DNA of 63,514 nucleotides, filler included, from Phoronis australis (GCA_002633005.1; 10 parts of 10 records of this genome joined end to end with filler, not necessarily neighbours in it), one strand, 5' to 3'; positions 48,930 to 61,284 are shown, counted from the first letter of the whole stretch. Numbers and translations are program-made. Notes: generated from the letters alone by a model not told the origin.

Positions 48930-51438
48930 TGATGGCAAAATGCACTCAAGAACCTCTCCTGTAAATTTGGACGCACAAAGACGGGTCAAATATATGGCCG
49001 TGCTAAATATATTTCTGTCAATCCCTGGTGTTAAAGTAAGTGCATTTCTATGACTGGACATTGGCACAACTTTTATTAGTAAACACCACGGCCTTAATCC
49101 CTTGATTTTGGGGTCCAATATTCGCCTCATTCTCCTCTCAAAAGTATTGAAAAACCACAAAACTCAACTCATCATGAGCAAAAATTCCCCTCAATTTGAA
49201 AGAGCACAAAAGTTAGTTTTGGCTACTTAAGGCATAGTCTGTGAGGGCCTGCAACATGATGGGGGTTCTATAGATGGTGATCGGGAGGCAGAATTTTGCC
49301 CTCACCTCGAAATATTCCTCTCTCAGAAGGCACAGCCACCTTTCCCCTTGGATGAACGAAAGCACTGACCTCTTAAAATCTTTCTTCCAGGGGTTTTGAT
49401 ATTTTAGATGTATTGAGCTGTTCAGTTCAAGCAATTTTATGCAGCAGCTGATAACAGGATTTTTAACCAGTCAAAGGCATGCTAGATGTTGCGTGAAAAA
49501 TAGCTTTTTGTGCTGCAATTTATAGCACCAGGAAAATACAGAACAGGCAATGAATGGCCTGTAGTATTGACATGGAATACAACCCAATAATCTGTGGGTA
49601 TTATTTGTGGCTGTTTGAGTTTAACTAATACTTTTCTCTCTCAAGATAGGCCATGCTATGAAGTGTAAGCCAATTAAAACTCAGACCTGAATTTAGGCCA
49701 ACATCCACCTTGCATTCTGAATGGCCTGTCCAACAGACTCTAACGAATCTATGGACAAAGGTGTAGTTGGTATACGATAACTAGTTGATCTGTTTAGCAA
49801 ACTGTCTTCCAGCATTTCTGGTTTGACATTTCAGCACCACAGTAACGTTTTGTACCCAAGTCTATCTGATTTCAAGACAACCTAGCATTGGCCTAGACTG
49901 CAGTTCAGCTATACTATTCATAATGTATTAAATTGTACCTATTGAACTTGACAACTTGCACTAACACAGGTTTGTTTGCAAACTTTTGAAAACCTTCTCA
50001 CACTGAAGTAACACAGCTCGACATGTGGCCTTAGTCATGCAGAAATGAAACGCCATGAATTCCAGCAATTTGCAACAAATGTAAATATTAAGCCCTGTAC
50101 CCCTTGGTGTGTCAGCATCAGTTATTTTGGCAGTTAACCTAAGTAGACAAATGATATGCTTCTACCCGGAATCAGTAGAATTGTTTTTTTGTAATATATA
50201 CAGAGAAGGCAGCATGGTTGAGATTTGTGTTCATAACTCCTTGCGAGTCTAACAGTACTAATATGGAACGTCACTATCATGTTGTGAGGATGCTTTAAAC
50301 ACAATTCATCCATCAGGACTCCTTGTATCCACATTCTTTCAGGCACAGCGTCTATTGTGAGGTAGTGATGTGTATAATTAACTGATAAGCCATGATGGAC
50401 ATTAATTTCCAATGAATAGTTCAAGGTTCATTTTTGCTGAAAAAATAATGTAACTATACCTGACCAAATTTGAAAATTCACATAGTCTAACTTTTACTTC
50501 TCTATTCAGATATTATGGTATCCATCAAATTTTATGCTCCAAAAAGAAAATGGAAAATAGGGCCTGAATCCTTTCCTTGAAAAAAAAACCCAGTAATTAT
50601 TTCACTATTTGACCTAGTGAAGCACAGAGTCACTCAATTGATGACTAAGCCCCAGTTGAGATTGGGATGTGGATAGAACAGGTTCAGCTGACAACGTGAC
50701 AAATGGAGAAATTCCAAAGATTTCTCCAAATTGATCCTCCCATTTAAATTGAAACTTGCAGGCTAATTTCACATCTCTGGCATTGTTTATCCAAATAAGT
50801 TAGGAACACAACATATAGCGATGATCATGCTATGAACATTCCCACTAAATAAAATTGGTTCTAACCCCGGTGTTTAAGGTAAACGGCGGGGTATGGAAAA
50901 TTGAACTAGACCGTATTGATCCACCTTGGCTGAGACGCNTCATGCGGATATGATCAGCTGATTACAATCTAGCTAGCAGACTGTACTTTTTATGGTGAGA
51001 GTTTTACGTAGTTTTCACTGTAATATTTGAAAAGAGGAGCGAAAACAAATATGAGTACAGCTTTGAATTTTTCAAATCGGCCCAGGATAAGAGATTTTGC
51101 AACACAGCAACACTCACGATTACTTTCATTCGGCGCGCAATAATACAAAAATATAGGACCCAAGCTATTTAGATTTTGGAACACATGCATTGCAATATTC
51201 AAAATACGTTTATTATGAATCTTACAAGCTGTAAAACGACGTTGTTAATTTCATTGTGTTCATTCATTGTCATCCGTGAAATCGGCAATTTCCGAGATGT
51301 GATCTGCGGCGTGCGCGTATGTGTACAAAACACGTGATTGTTATGTTCCTGAAGTACGAAAATTTAGAAGGCTTTAACATGCCGTTATTATTGACAGGGA
51401 CACGATAAAACAAATTTGCCGGGATTTTGACTATAGTC

Positions 51439-51817
51439 TTGATACAGCGATCTGACTGACCACTGCGTCAGTGTCTCCGTTAGACCCAAAATTTTCACAC
51501 AGCCCGGGTAGTTCATTTCGTCCCCAACATGACAGATCGAGCCTTGGACTATTAATACTCCACGGCAGAGCTAACCACAGTCGGCCTGTGCACACAAAAT
51601 CTGTGAGTTAACCAGCACTCACCTTGCATTGATACAGCGATCTGACTGACCACTGCGTCAGTGTCTCCGTTAGACCCAGAAATTTCACACAGCCCGGGTA
51701 GTTTATTTCGTCCGTAACATGTAGATCGAGCCTTGGACTATTAATACTCCACGGCAGAGCTAACGACAGTCGGCCTGTGCACACAAAATCTGTGAGTTAA
51801 CCAGCACTCACCTTGCA
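51439..51817. repeat. 190-bp tandem duplication
   Basis: TTGATACAGCGATCTGACTG...CTCACCTTGCA at 51439-51628 and 51629-51817, with a few differences and no N at the junction. Confidence 0.92.
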
Positions 51818-52766
51818 CGTTACAGCCGTTTAAGTGAAAAACAATCTAGTAAACGCCATTTTCTTGCATAATCCTCCGCCTTTTGTAACAAAAAAGTCTA
51901 TCGTCGATGACCCGCACACGCATGCTCACTCACTCTCAAACACAGACGACCTTCAAAACAAACGTCACGTGACAACAACATGTGTGTTCATCCAGAGATT
52001 TTTCTCTTGTTGTGGAGTAGGATGTAGCGCACATTTGGACTTAATCGCAATTAATCTGGACTCCACATGAACTTTAAAAATTGTAAAACATCAGGAAGAT
52101 TTCAGGTAATTTGTTGAGTCGAAACTGTATTTTTATTCCAGCGTACAAGTTTTCCTATTGACGATGGCGATTCAGCGGCGACGCATCAGTCGGCAAGTTT
52201 TCGCCCTGTGATGAGCACAATTTTTTGAAAAATTATCGTAATTTAACAACGNCGGAAGTTGATAGCAATGCACCACAATTTTGTAGAAAGGCTGTCATAG
52301 GCTACAAATACGTCACAGAGCGTAAATTTGATGAATCCCAGCTTCCGATTTTACCCGTTTGGGAAACCGGGTTTCAACTGCCGTAGGCTCACTACAATAA
52401 GCGTCCCCTCCCCGTAAAATGAATTTTTTTTCTAAGCGTTTGTTTGAGCCAATACAGTATACAGCTTTCCACCAAGGCTAGGTGATGCAAGACATTATTC
52501 TTTGTTGCATTATAGTAACTAGTCTTGGCTAATTATCATTTTATGGCCTGGTCATCCATTCAGCCCAAAGTAGTTCCAGAGGTGGCTTATCAGCCAATTA
52601 TTCACGCATGCTGACTCACAATAGAAACCTGATAAGAGTGAAGGTGGATAAATGCGGTGTTCCTACAGTTTCTTGTTTTAGTGGATGTGTTCACGACATG
52701 TATTTTGTTTCTAGAAAAAAAGTACAGCACAGTAGATTTACCAAGTCTGTTTTAAGTCGCACCCAC

Positions 52767-52906
52767 CTGCATCACCACCAGGCACACTGGGGTGAAGTGT
52801 TTTGATGTAAAGAGCAGCCACAGACACTGTAACAGCCAGTGAGGCGCTGATGTCTGGTAACCAGGGTAGTTGTTCAGGAACATTGGAACCAGTCACTTCA
52901 ACATCA
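52767..52906 (-). CDS. TMEM260: TMEM260-like protein O-mannosyltransferase, N-terminal exon
   Basis: Acceptor tattgcag, donor gtgggt (phase 1). Hydrophobic segment then ALYIKTLHPSVPGGDA(G), matching TMEM260/DUF2723 TL.PSVPGGD.GE. Confidence 0.75.
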
Positions 52907-53597
52907 CTGCAATAAGATTAAGAGTCTTAGACTTGATGCAAATCTAACGGTCTTCCATAGACTGACTTGAAAAGCACACACGTTAGAACATGTTTGAAAG
53001 CGCTGCCAGTCATGTTGATATACTCATTAGACATATCAATATTCAGATAAAATCTTTGGCCATTTACAGTAATGTTGCACAGAGATAACTGAAATCTATT
53101 AAAACTGATATAAACCCACTTTTCATAAAAAGCCTCGTTTGTTTCATGAAATAGAGTCTCAGCTTATTCCTAAGCTAGAGGCGACTTCTGGGCTTGAAAG
53201 AACTGATGTTTTGTCATTGCTTGGGACCAGGCTCGACAATTTTTATGTGCTGAGAATGGTCTGAAAGTATAACAAGTGGGCACTTCTTTTGACGTCAACC
53301 AACCTAAGGACCAGCTTTGTGGCACTAAAGGGACAGATCTATACCAAAAGTTTGTTTTCTTGATAATAATACGATTTTAAAGCAGTGTTCACACTAGTGA
53401 CATTGCATTCACATCCTACGGACATCACACAAGTCCCAGGCAGAGATCAGACAAAATATGGGTCAAGGTTGGCAGCACCTTTCATTTCAAGACCCAGAGT
53501 CATGACAACTAAACCCTCATCTGAAGACGAAGTATTGAAGACCATTCCAACCAAAAGTTTATGCCTGCACCATATTTTCAGAACAATTAAATAAATA

Positions 53598-53697
53598 NNN
53601 NNNNNNNNNNNNNNNNNNNNNNNNNNNNNNNNNNNNNNNNNTTAATTAATTAANNNNNNNNNNNNNNNNNNNNNNNNNNNNNNNNNNNNNNNNNNNN
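53598..53697. other. Artificial contig-joining linker
   Basis: 44 N + TTAATTAATTAA + 44 N. Confidence 0.97.
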
Positions 53698-54264
53698 CAC
53701 AAGATTCGTGAATAAAAGTTTCGAAGAGTAGAAAAGGCCACCTTTTCAACAAAGTGTTACAATAACTGTCAAAGTAATGTACACCTCATAATTAATAGAA
53801 TTTATAGCAGTAACTAGCAGTTATGTGTAATTCTCAGCGTCTTTACATTATTGTTGAGTGAATTTTATTATTTTTTTCAAAACTAGTTGTGTGGAGCACA
53901 AGACTGAATTTCTGACTTAAGTCTTGAGCCACTTTTCCTGAAACCTAAGATTTGTTACCGTGAGTCTCCCACCACATGTTTCTGTGCAGACGATATTTAC
54001 CCGTATGAGTTGAAACCTTGATTAACATTTTCAATCCATTATATGCTTTCATACCTCCCCGTATGTTTATCTAGATTACATATTCCATCGCGGACTTGTA
54101 AGTGTTATATTACTTATTGACTCTTGCCTTTCATAGAGCATTTTCTGATTCGTGGTAGCCGTTGTACTCAACTTCTGTACAATAAGTTGTAGTCGCATTT
54201 TTGACAATTTGCGTAACCTGTTTTAAAGATAATTTTCTTTACATTCACCAATTTAGAACACCTG

Positions 54265-54418
54265 GGCCCAGTTGCATAAAAGTTATACGCCATATAGCAA
54301 CAATGGCGTGCGTCGCATTATCACGTGTCACGTTGTTATTGTTCAAAAATGCACCTGACGTCATGCAACAATCAAACTTATTCAGCGGATAACTTTTGAA
54401 GCTTTATGCAACTCATCC
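54265..54418. mobile_element. PIF/Harbinger-like MITE
   Basis: TIRs GGCCCAGTTGCATAAA and revcomp GGATGAGTTGCATAAA; CTG on both flanks (54262-54264, 54419-54421). Confidence 0.7.
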
Positions 54419-56526
54419 CTGATGAGTTATGTCATTCGAAAGACATCACTAAAATATAAACATTTCGTAACTTTTTTTTGCCTTGTTTTACTACTCATTA
54501 TCATTTATTTTTTTTTTTGAAGTAGACGGGGATTCCGCGGAAACCTCACTACGTAGCGTGGCATTTAAGTGTGTACACATAATGCAGTCAGCTGTCACTC
54601 ACCGCTACGGCGGTAATTTCAGGTTATGATCCACCACCAAACATAGAGAAATAAACTAAAACATTCATACCAGATTCAGTTAAGCTTGAAAATGTTTTGA
54701 ATTTTGTTGAATAAGCATAATCTGCCTCCCGTTCAGTGACATTAGGACCTCGCTAAAAAGCAAGACTTCGCGAGATTACGTGAGATGTTGTCGTGTATTT
54801 TAAACGAGAACACGTGATTCTGGCTAGATTTTAGCACGCCTGGTCTTAATTCGACTGAACTAACCTGCGTTAAAATCTTTTTCATGACGTTTTTAACTAA
54901 AATGAAACGGGACGATTTCTTCTAAAGGCCCTGCCATACTGACTTAACTCTGGTCTGAGTGGAGCGTCGACGTAAACTGCGATGTTAACTGAACCGTTCA
55001 TACCGGCCTCGGTGGGGGGGGGGGGGGGGGGGGGGGGTGNTTGCCTATCACACGTCAATGGACTCGTCACCCTGTCTTCACTCTGCCAAAAGCTGCATGC
55101 AAAGAACGAAAAGTTTTGAGTCATTCCACATCACAAACCCGCATCCATTACGACTTGACTCCATCCTGACAGGTGGATTGTCTCATTTGAGGAATACTTG
55201 ACACATTAGTAGGCACATGGAACTTTTGAACTGCATCTGTCATTTAACAATTTTCAAACCGCCCTTTGTGTTTGAAATTTTCATTATTTTAAAAATGCGA
55301 TTTGCCGCAACTCCATCGATCGTTCTTAATATTTCCACACTCCGTTAGCGAGCTAGTTCCAACCGCACACCCGCGGGGATCGATACTCGAGCCTCACAGC
55401 CATCCAGATTCAGGGCAATTGTTCTAGAAAAATCTTCTCATTACTAGCAAGCGTTGCTCCTGTCAATTTCGCAGCGAATTGTGTAAAGTATAGAGTACAG
55501 AGTCCAAATATTGCCTTTCATTTTCTCCAACACGATGTAAATTTACATTTATACCCAGGTGTTGGTTTGAATATCGTGTATATTTACGTACGTGTGTAAA
55601 AGCGCTGCATGTAAACGAGGCTTTAGATTTGATGAATGTTCACAATCATTAGACAACTTGAATAAAGGTTAACAAAAACTGAAGTCAGCATTTTCAGTTC
55701 TGTAATTCCATGGTCATTCTATTTGATTAAACGCCAGAGAACATGGAAACACTTTGACGCAGTCTGAAAGGTTGTCTTACGTCGTTGATCGTGGTGTTTA
55801 GTCTTGGATTGAAAATGTCTACACCAATGAAATGCTGTATTATTTCATTCCGAAAAACGTATTTTGGGAGTTATTTGGATAACATAGACTTTTTGAAGTT
55901 AGCAGGTTTGACCAGAGCTTTAAAATAGAAAAATCTTCACAGGACGCAAGCGTCGAACAAAGGTATTTCGTATCACCTTTTTGGGGTAGAGTTGACGTCT
56001 TGAAGTTACTAGCTTTGATCAGAGGTATTGGACATCAAAATCTGTGTTTTGTGTTAGCGATTCCTTGAAAAATCTTCCAATCAAAGTTGACCGAAATCGA
56101 GGCAGTGGCACGTGTTTGTTGGGCAGTGAAAGTTGGCGTGGAGCAGTTAGACAGCAGCCGAGGTCAATTTGCACTTCCAAATTTTTTTGGGGTAGGTCAG
56201 GCTTGGGGGGTAGTCTTGGGGCAGGCGTTGCATTTATGCTCAGTGAGTCTGGTTTACTTTGAACACGCTGGGAATAAGAAAAGACCACTGGTTCGGCTGG
56301 AGATGTACTCTTCTTCAAAATGGCGAAACCCTGTTGCATTTGTGCATTGCTGAGTAGCGACTGAGAAATCGGCTGCGACTTCAAGAAGCCCTCAAACTAG
56401 TTAGTTGACAGCGCCTTTTGTTTCAGAATCTAATGATGGCCTGTCGCGCAACGGCAAAGAAATGATGGTTTTGTTGTGAAAGGCGCCAATTTTGTATTTC
56501 TGATCATTTCTTCGTAGTCTACCTTG

Positions 56527-56626
56527 NNNNNNNNNNNNNNNNNNNNNNNNNNNNNNNNNNNNNNNNNNNNTTAATTAATTAANNNNNNNNNNNNNNNNNN
56601 NNNNNNNNNNNNNNNNNNNNNNNNNN
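56527..56626. other. Artificial contig-joining linker
   Basis: 44 N + TTAATTAATTAA + 44 N. Confidence 0.97.
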
Positions 56627-56787
56627 ACTACACCTGACTATTTGACTATTTCAGATTTGTCCACTTTGATTGAAGAAGAAAAAAGTAGGAGTGGCATCGG
56701 AGATAGTCACTCTTCAGGTCTAACATCGCATGGTGGGTGTCAGTATCCACAACTGTATAATGGTCATTTCTTCTTGTTGTGACAAAT

Positions 56788-57242
56788 TTCATTAAACACT
56801 TGAGTGTTTTTATTTCGGACTTTCTTGGGTTCATTTCTTTCAAACTCTCTGTAGAACAGCTGATGTTCAGGGGGTCAGAGTATATTACAGTTCACCAATC
56901 GTTGCCATCGACGCCTATAAAACATCACATAATTTTAAGCTATATTCTGTTAAATTCTGGATCTTCAAATAACATCATTCATTATCAAGGTGGCATTTGA
57001 AATGCTTAAAGCGTGTGGCATACATAATGCAGCAACCCATGAGGCAATTGTATAATGTGAGTGGTTCATGTAACAATAGATAGGGAGACCTCAGGTGATG
57101 TTCGTCTTGTTTTATTGGCGTTGATGGCTATGATTGGTGAACTGCTGTATACTATGCGTCCTGAACATCAGGTGTTCTATAGAGACTTTGAAAGAAAAAA
57201 CTGAAGAGAGTCCACAACGAAAGCAGTCAAATGGTTAATGAA
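56788..57242. repeat. Diverged ~135-bp inverted repeat (arms 56788-56923 and 57108-57242)
   Basis: Shared blocks GATTGGTGAACTG, CCTGAACATCAG.TGTTCTA.AGAGA.TTTGAAAGAAA and TTAATGAA in opposite orientation. Confidence 0.8.
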
Positions 57243-57394
57243 AGCTATCAGTGAGACGGACTGCTATCTGGTTATATGAGTTTTTAATTGTTGTATGACT
57301 TGCTTTATTGTTATTACTCTTGAGCTGTTAGAAAAACATATTTTATGTAGTCTATGTCAACTAATTATTCAGCATAAATATATAAGTTTTTAGT

Positions 57395-57555
57395 ATTATT
57401 TGCTGTTATTATGATTATTGTCACTATATTATTATTATTATTATTATTATTATTGTTATATTAATATATTATTATTACTATATTGTCATTGTAATATTAT
57501 CACTATAATATTACTATAGTATTATTATTATCATTATTATCATTATTATTATTTA
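57395..57555. repeat. (ATT)n simple repeat
   Basis: Degenerate TTA/ATT run. Confidence 0.9.
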
Positions 57556-57622
57556 AACTGATTTCTTATAAACAGAATACTCCACTGACAAGTGTGATGA
57601 ATTGAATTCTACTCTTTTACAG

Positions 57623-57672
57623 TTGATGACAGCTATTTTAGCAACACTTTCCAGAGGAATTCTCATTTGAGT
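57623..57672 (+). CDS. Small exon of unknown, possibly HYLS1-like gene
   Basis: Acceptor cttttacag, donor gtaagt; phase 1 to 0; DDSYFSNTFQRNSHLS. Confidence 0.55.
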
Positions 57673-58016
57673 GTAAGTGTTTCGGCACTGTGGTCCGTGT
57701 TGCTCTGGATTTTCAGTGTTTACATCTTTTAATTCAAATTGTGTTTACACATTATCATATTCAACTTGTTGTCAAACACCCTTTTGTGAAAACTGCGATG
57801 TTTTTGTTACAGTTTTGTGTGATTTTTGACAGGTTGGTATTCATTCAAAGTCTGACACATTTCTCAGTTTTAAATCAAGTCTATTAAACTATTTTTACAT
57901 TTTTTTGCGAAAGCTGTTGACAAAAACACGCCAAAATAAGAGTCATAAGTGTGGATGTTAAGGCCCTGTTTTTACGTTTTTTTTCACAGTAAAATAATGT
58001 GACGTCTATTTTCCAG

Positions 58017-58129
58017 AGATACTCCCCTGTTTACGATAAAGAAAACAGATTCAAACCTTACCGAGATCTCGGAGAAGCTAACTTCAACAACAGTTCTTTT
58101 GTACCACGTTCCGACTCGTTTTATTCGAG
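58017..58129 (+). CDS. Exon of unknown, possibly HYLS1-like gene
   Basis: Acceptor ttttccag, donor gtttgt; phase 0 to 2; RYSPVYDKENRFKPYRDLGEANFNNSSFVPRSDSFYS(R). Confidence 0.6.
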
Positions 58130-58889
58130 GTTTGTGTTATGGACATTGTTTTGAAATGTTGCTGGTATTTTATGCAATCATTGTTTATTGTGTAGATTTG
58201 CATTTTAACATCCAGCTTGAATTTTACGTTGAGAGTGGCTTTGATAACATGTCTGTGCCTGTAGCGGATTGTCTACACAGTTATTGAGCTTAATTCTAAG
58301 TACGGTGAAAATCTCACCATTTTCAGACAAAGATAATTGCAAAAATTGCCCTTTCTTCATTTTATGTTCTTGTAATGTTGTTGTGAAGTGTTCTCAATTT
58401 CTCAAAATTTGTCTTTAGTGGGGTGATAACGCCAAGCACTGCTGAGCAGAGTTCATTGATTGCTTTAAGGAGACAATGCACCACAACTGGATTTCACCGA
58501 GTTTGAAATTTATGACTTTGGTTTGACATAATTAGTGCTGAAGGGGACTTTAAACACTTTTCATTTCAAAACATTATTCCTGAAGTATTCAAGTGTCTAT
58601 AAGCACTGTATGGACCACACTGTCAGCATCTTAAGTACTCCCTTAACAGCACTACACACTAAAGTCCTAATTATTTTGCCCAAAATGAGAAAGTAGAAAA
58701 ACATGGATTTTCACCATAATTGCTGATTCAAGACACTTATTTATTTCATCTATATGAAAAGGTTGAGAATAAAATCATACTCTACAGTCATAGTCGTGCA
58801 GTCTAGTATATACTACAGAGATTGAGCTAAATATACTTAACAGGTTAACAATGGACCCATGATTTTTTTTTTTAATTTTCTTCTCGCAG

Positions 58890-59039
58890 AGATTACCAGC
58901 GAAGACCTCTTGATGACCAGCCACGGCCTTTTCTTCGACGAGCATGGGAGGAAAAAGATAGCTCACCTGCTGATGAATCTGTGGTCTCCAATACTTCATC
59001 AGCCAGTGGCCGAAGGGTGATCAAAAGGAAGGTTTTAAG
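58890..59039 (+). CDS. Exon ending in IKRKVL(R), HYLS1-like motif
   Basis: Strong polypyrimidine acceptor, donor gtatgg; phase 2 to 2; DYQRRPLDDQPRPFLRRAWEEKDSSPADESVVSNTSSASGRRVIKRKVL(R). Confidence 0.7.
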
Positions 59040-59391
59040 GTATGGATTGCTATGAAATCCTGGTGGTGTTGATAATCTTTGTTTTATTCGAACTGGTGAC
59101 CTAGCTTTGGTATTTGCAGTGTAAAAAGATAAAAACTGAATACCGAACAGTGTTTTGAAAAAAAAGCATGTTATTTCATGTTGTTACTGGTCTAAATTGA
59201 ATTAACAATGTGTTACGGTTGTTGTCAAAGTACATCTGTAAAAATAGTTTCTGAGATAAGTATCACTGCACTGCACTAAGATCAGCTCAGATGAGGAAAG
59301 CAGAGAGGGATAAGAAATTTGAGTGTGGTGGGGTGGAATGAGAGTTTGCATGACACTTTAGTTTTAAGTGGGAAGTTCAAAACAATATGAC

Positions 59392-59491
59392 NNNNNNNNN
59401 NNNNNNNNNNNNNNNNNNNNNNNNNNNNNNNNNNNTTAATTAATTAANNNNNNNNNNNNNNNNNNNNNNNNNNNNNNNNNNNNNNNNNNNN
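59392..59491. other. Artificial contig-joining linker
   Basis: 44 N + TTAATTAATTAA + 44 N. Confidence 0.97.
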
Positions 59492-59690
59492 AATGTAAAT
59501 TTATAATAGTGAGTTGGTTGTTCATTAAGATCAACACCGTTATCACACTATTCTAATGTAAATTTATAATAGTGAGTTGGTTGTTCATTAAGATCAACAC
59601 CGTTATCACACTAGTCTAATGTAAATTCATAATAGTGAGTTGGTTGTTCATTAAGATCAGCACGTTATCACACTAGTCTAATGTAAATTT
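59492..59690. repeat. 63-bp tandem repeat (~3 units, from contig start)
   Basis: AATGTAAATTTATAATAGTGAGTTGG... restarts at 59492, 59555, 59618 and 59680. Confidence 0.95.
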
Positions 59691-60256
59691 TGGCTGCATG
59701 CAGATACTTAGTTAAAATTTACATCACTATGCGATATTTCAGCCTTTGATATATGTGTGCGTACAAAGTCCAATCATGTCATTGTTCATAGTAACAAGAT
59801 GCCCGGTACATTGTCAAAATAAGGCAGGGTGTTCTCTAATATGTTCGTTTTTGTAGGAAATGTAACGGTTTATCTTGATACCTTCAAAATATTTAAAATA
59901 GTCGGGTAAATGTCGTGGTCAAACGTCAATGGCATCGGAAATAAAGCGTGAGCGGGATTTTTACTTCCCGGTGCTGAGACGCTTAAGTTCCCGACGACGG
60001 GTCATCAATATGTCAAAGAAATGTGATCTGCGTTCTTAAACAGCTTTGATGATTATTATCTCGTTCCCTTTCGTATCTATCTGTTGTCTGTTCCCAAACA
60101 GTGGAAATAAATCTGTGGAAGTCGAATTCAGATTGCTTTAATTTCTCAGCTGATATTTCAAACTGAAAATAGATTTATCCTTTCGGAAGGTGGTTCTAGA
60201 TGTTGATGCGATGTTTGGGGACAAGATGGTCAGGGAAGTGACTGACAGAGCTGGCT

Positions 60257-60402
60257 TTAGAATTCCTCCACTATGATGCTGGTTGGTTCGTTATATCCGG
60301 TGTAAGCATCACCCAACTCTACACCTGGTGACTTGTCGCAAGGACCCACATTCAGTCGTATTTCAGTGCTGCCCATCGGTAGACCTTGACACACGCCATC
60401 CA
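60257..60402 (-). CDS. CTHRC1: CTHRC1-like protein, last coding exon
   Basis: Acceptor cattttcag (phase 1). (V)DGVCQGLPMGSTEIRLNVGPCDKSPGVELGDAYTGYNEPTSIIVEEF* matches CTHRC1 VEGLCEG...VG.C...GDA.TGW...IIIEE. Confidence 0.9.
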
Positions 60403-60951
60403 CTGAAAATGTACGACACGTCATCACCTATGTCTCACAAAAATTCTCTGTCCAGATGAAAAATTGTCACCACGGCTCAAATTGTAACAACGCTTGAATT
60501 GCGACTCTTTTATAAAAAAAATGATTAAGTGCTTCGTGTTTTTTGAAAAATAGTTTTCTAACTGTACTGCTGAGGGCTCTGTCACACCTAACTCGTTCTC
60601 AGAAAAATCTCGGTGAAACCGACCGTCTAGGGACTTGCGGGAACGTGCAGTTTGATTCAAAACAACACGTTTAATGGTACATCATGATATAGCCTTAAAC
60701 CGGATTATAACAAGTGTCCCGAACGTTTATTCGAGGTTCACCCAGTTTTAGCCCTGGGTTCAACTATTCTTGAGAACGTGTGGAAACTAATTTGATGTGA
60801 CAGCTCGCTTATCAATTTCAAAGACGAACACTTCTTTCTAAAGCACGAGCGCCTCTTCTTGTCCTGGAAAAGGTTTCTATTTGTGTTCGTAAATACTATC
60901 TGGAGTGGGACGGCATAATGGTTGGCGAACTCCCCTCAGTTGCATACCTAC

Positions 60952-61156
60952 CGGTCATTGGGATGTGCTCTGGCGAGACCTTTCCCGCGTAGTAAATAGA
61001 GTCGATCTTTTGCGGATTCCTACACTCTGCTGAACCAAATGAGAAGTACCAGCGATTGCATCCGTTCTTTTTGTCTTTGTGCGCATGCACATGAACATTC
61101 CCGACCCATGTGACGCGGAGAGATGACGAGGCGCTTTTCTTCGTGTACCAAACGGT
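60952..61156 (-). CDS. CTHRC1: CTHRC1-like protein, penultimate exon
   Basis: Acceptor tttcttcag, donor gtaggt (phase 1). YTKKSASSSLRVTWVGN...GCNRWYFSFGSAECRNPQKIDSIYY matches the CTHRC1 C-terminal domain (FTK...S.LRV.F.G...C.RWYF.F...EC..P..I). Confidence 0.9.
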
Positions 61157-61284
61157 CTGAAGAAAGGAAATCATTAGGGCCAGTGCAGCAGAGCTTTGCT
61201 CCTCGAATGCAAATGATCTCGCTAATAGCTCGAGTGTGCGGAAAGATGATCTATGAGGAGTTTGCCTCTCGAGACGGTGACTAG

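Noticed and set aside
50876-52420. Another TTAA-GG Kolobok-like element
   Set aside because: A plausible left end exists, but I found no matching right TIR or TSD.
54419-54450. Hammerhead-like CTGATGAG...CGAAA
   Set aside because: Stems I, II and III do not pair convincingly.
57201-57235. Hammerhead-like CTGAAGA...CGAAA in the inverted-repeat arm
   Set aside because: There is no stem II, and the other arm lacks the core.
12316-59491. TTAATTAATTAA as a biological repeat or CRISPR-like array
   Set aside because: It is always centred in an exact 100-bp N linker, so it is an assembly construct.
7858-61156. An immune or extracellular gene cluster (MAM, C3, CTHRC1)
   Set aside because: The genes are on different concatenated contigs; there is no evidence of linkage.
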